In this document: one piece after another, positions 63,616-64,000 of the stretch
How the letters are laid out: every line of letters starts with the position of its first letter
Position numbering within the stretch: the stretch's first letter is position 1
The notes under the pieces: generated by a model
Told to the model about the DNA's origin: nothing
Database searches by the model: none
What the model saw: only the letters and a program-made list of their open reading frames with translations
From: an uncultured Gammaproteobacteria bacterium
Lineage (GTDB): Bacteria; Pseudomonadota; Gammaproteobacteria; Burkholderiales; Thiobacillaceae
Assembly (NCBI GenBank): GCA_947085345.1
Contig: CAMTWC010000016.1
Span: forward strand, 5,657-69,656
DNA length: 64,000 nt
Direction of reading: 5' to 3'
Position numbers and translations under genes: made by a program

Positions 63616-63880
63616 GGTCGGAAGCGGCGGAATTGCTGGGGCCGGCCGCCTGGCAGCCGCAAATTGCCGCGTGTGAACATTGAATTACTCAATCTAGTAT
63701 GCATTTCGCGCAACCCTAGCTGCGCGGCGGCATCGCTGCATTTGTCAGGCTTTCCCCCTTGGCGAGCCGCCGCCGGATTTACAATGGATTGTTCGACCAC
63801 CGGTGGTCGTCGCGCCGGGGACTCAACGATTCCCGGCCTGCGTGCCACGATGAAATTCTGAAGCTTGCAAGATGAACGGC

Positions 63881-64000
63881 ATGTTGAAAAAGACGATTGT
63901 GGGCAGCGCGATGGCCGCGGCGCTGGTTCTTCCCGCACTGGCCGACAGGCCGGCGGGCAGCCGGCAGGCGGCGAAGGAAAGACTGGGCCAGGCGCTCTTC
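63881..64000 (+). CDS. N-terminus of a probable di-heme cytochrome c peroxidase/MauG-family protein, truncated by the window edge
   Basis: Signal peptide MLKKTIVGSAMAAALVLPALA followed by KERLGQALF, matching the LG-x-x-LF(FD) motif. Confidence 0.55.
   Translation, partial: MLKKTIVGSAMAAALVLPALADRPAGSRQAAKERLGQALF

Overview
High-GC betaproteobacterial chromosomal window; gene content and synteny are Thiobacillus-like (inference). Positions 1-23.8 kb are core genome: truncated GGDEF cyclase plus orphan PhnD-like binding protein, DUF808, nadA, hda, thioredoxin, RND pair, msrPQ, histone H1-like protein, lysA-lptM-cyaY-MarR, argH, algZ/algR-like two-component pair, a candidate anti-Shine-Dalgarno sRNA, Nudix, an inserted Fic gene, metH and a rhodanese. 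Positions ~24.0-44.6 kb form an accessory osmotic/general-stress block: yqjK/yqjE/elaB, BON, small lipoproteins, a decayed sub-block (DUF3309, cardiolipin synthase, a hypothetical gene, folE), an intact 8.7-kb cyclic beta-1,2-glucan synthase and a PAS kinase/REC-PAS/Crp-Fnr operon. Five intergenic regions in this block carry a CRP-like palindrome (TGTGCG-N4-CGCACA) exactly 21 nt upstream of a -10 hexamer, pointing to a self-contained Crp/Fnr-type regulon. Positions 45.8-60.5 kb hold comM, ubiK, a sigma54/NtrC-type torF-glnK-amtB operon and a guanidine assimilation operon (ABC transporter, cgdAB, guanidine/urea carboxylase, allophanate hydrolase). That operon has a sigma54/NtrC promoter, a guanidine-I riboswitch and an internal guanidine-II-like element, and its carboxylase gene carries two in-frame palindromic repeat elements. 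The end has an M48/YgjP gene relic, yajG, a cupredoxin/LolA-like/SRPBCC cluster and the start of a probable cytochrome c peroxidase. No tRNA, rRNA, CRISPR array, integrase or transposase was seen.
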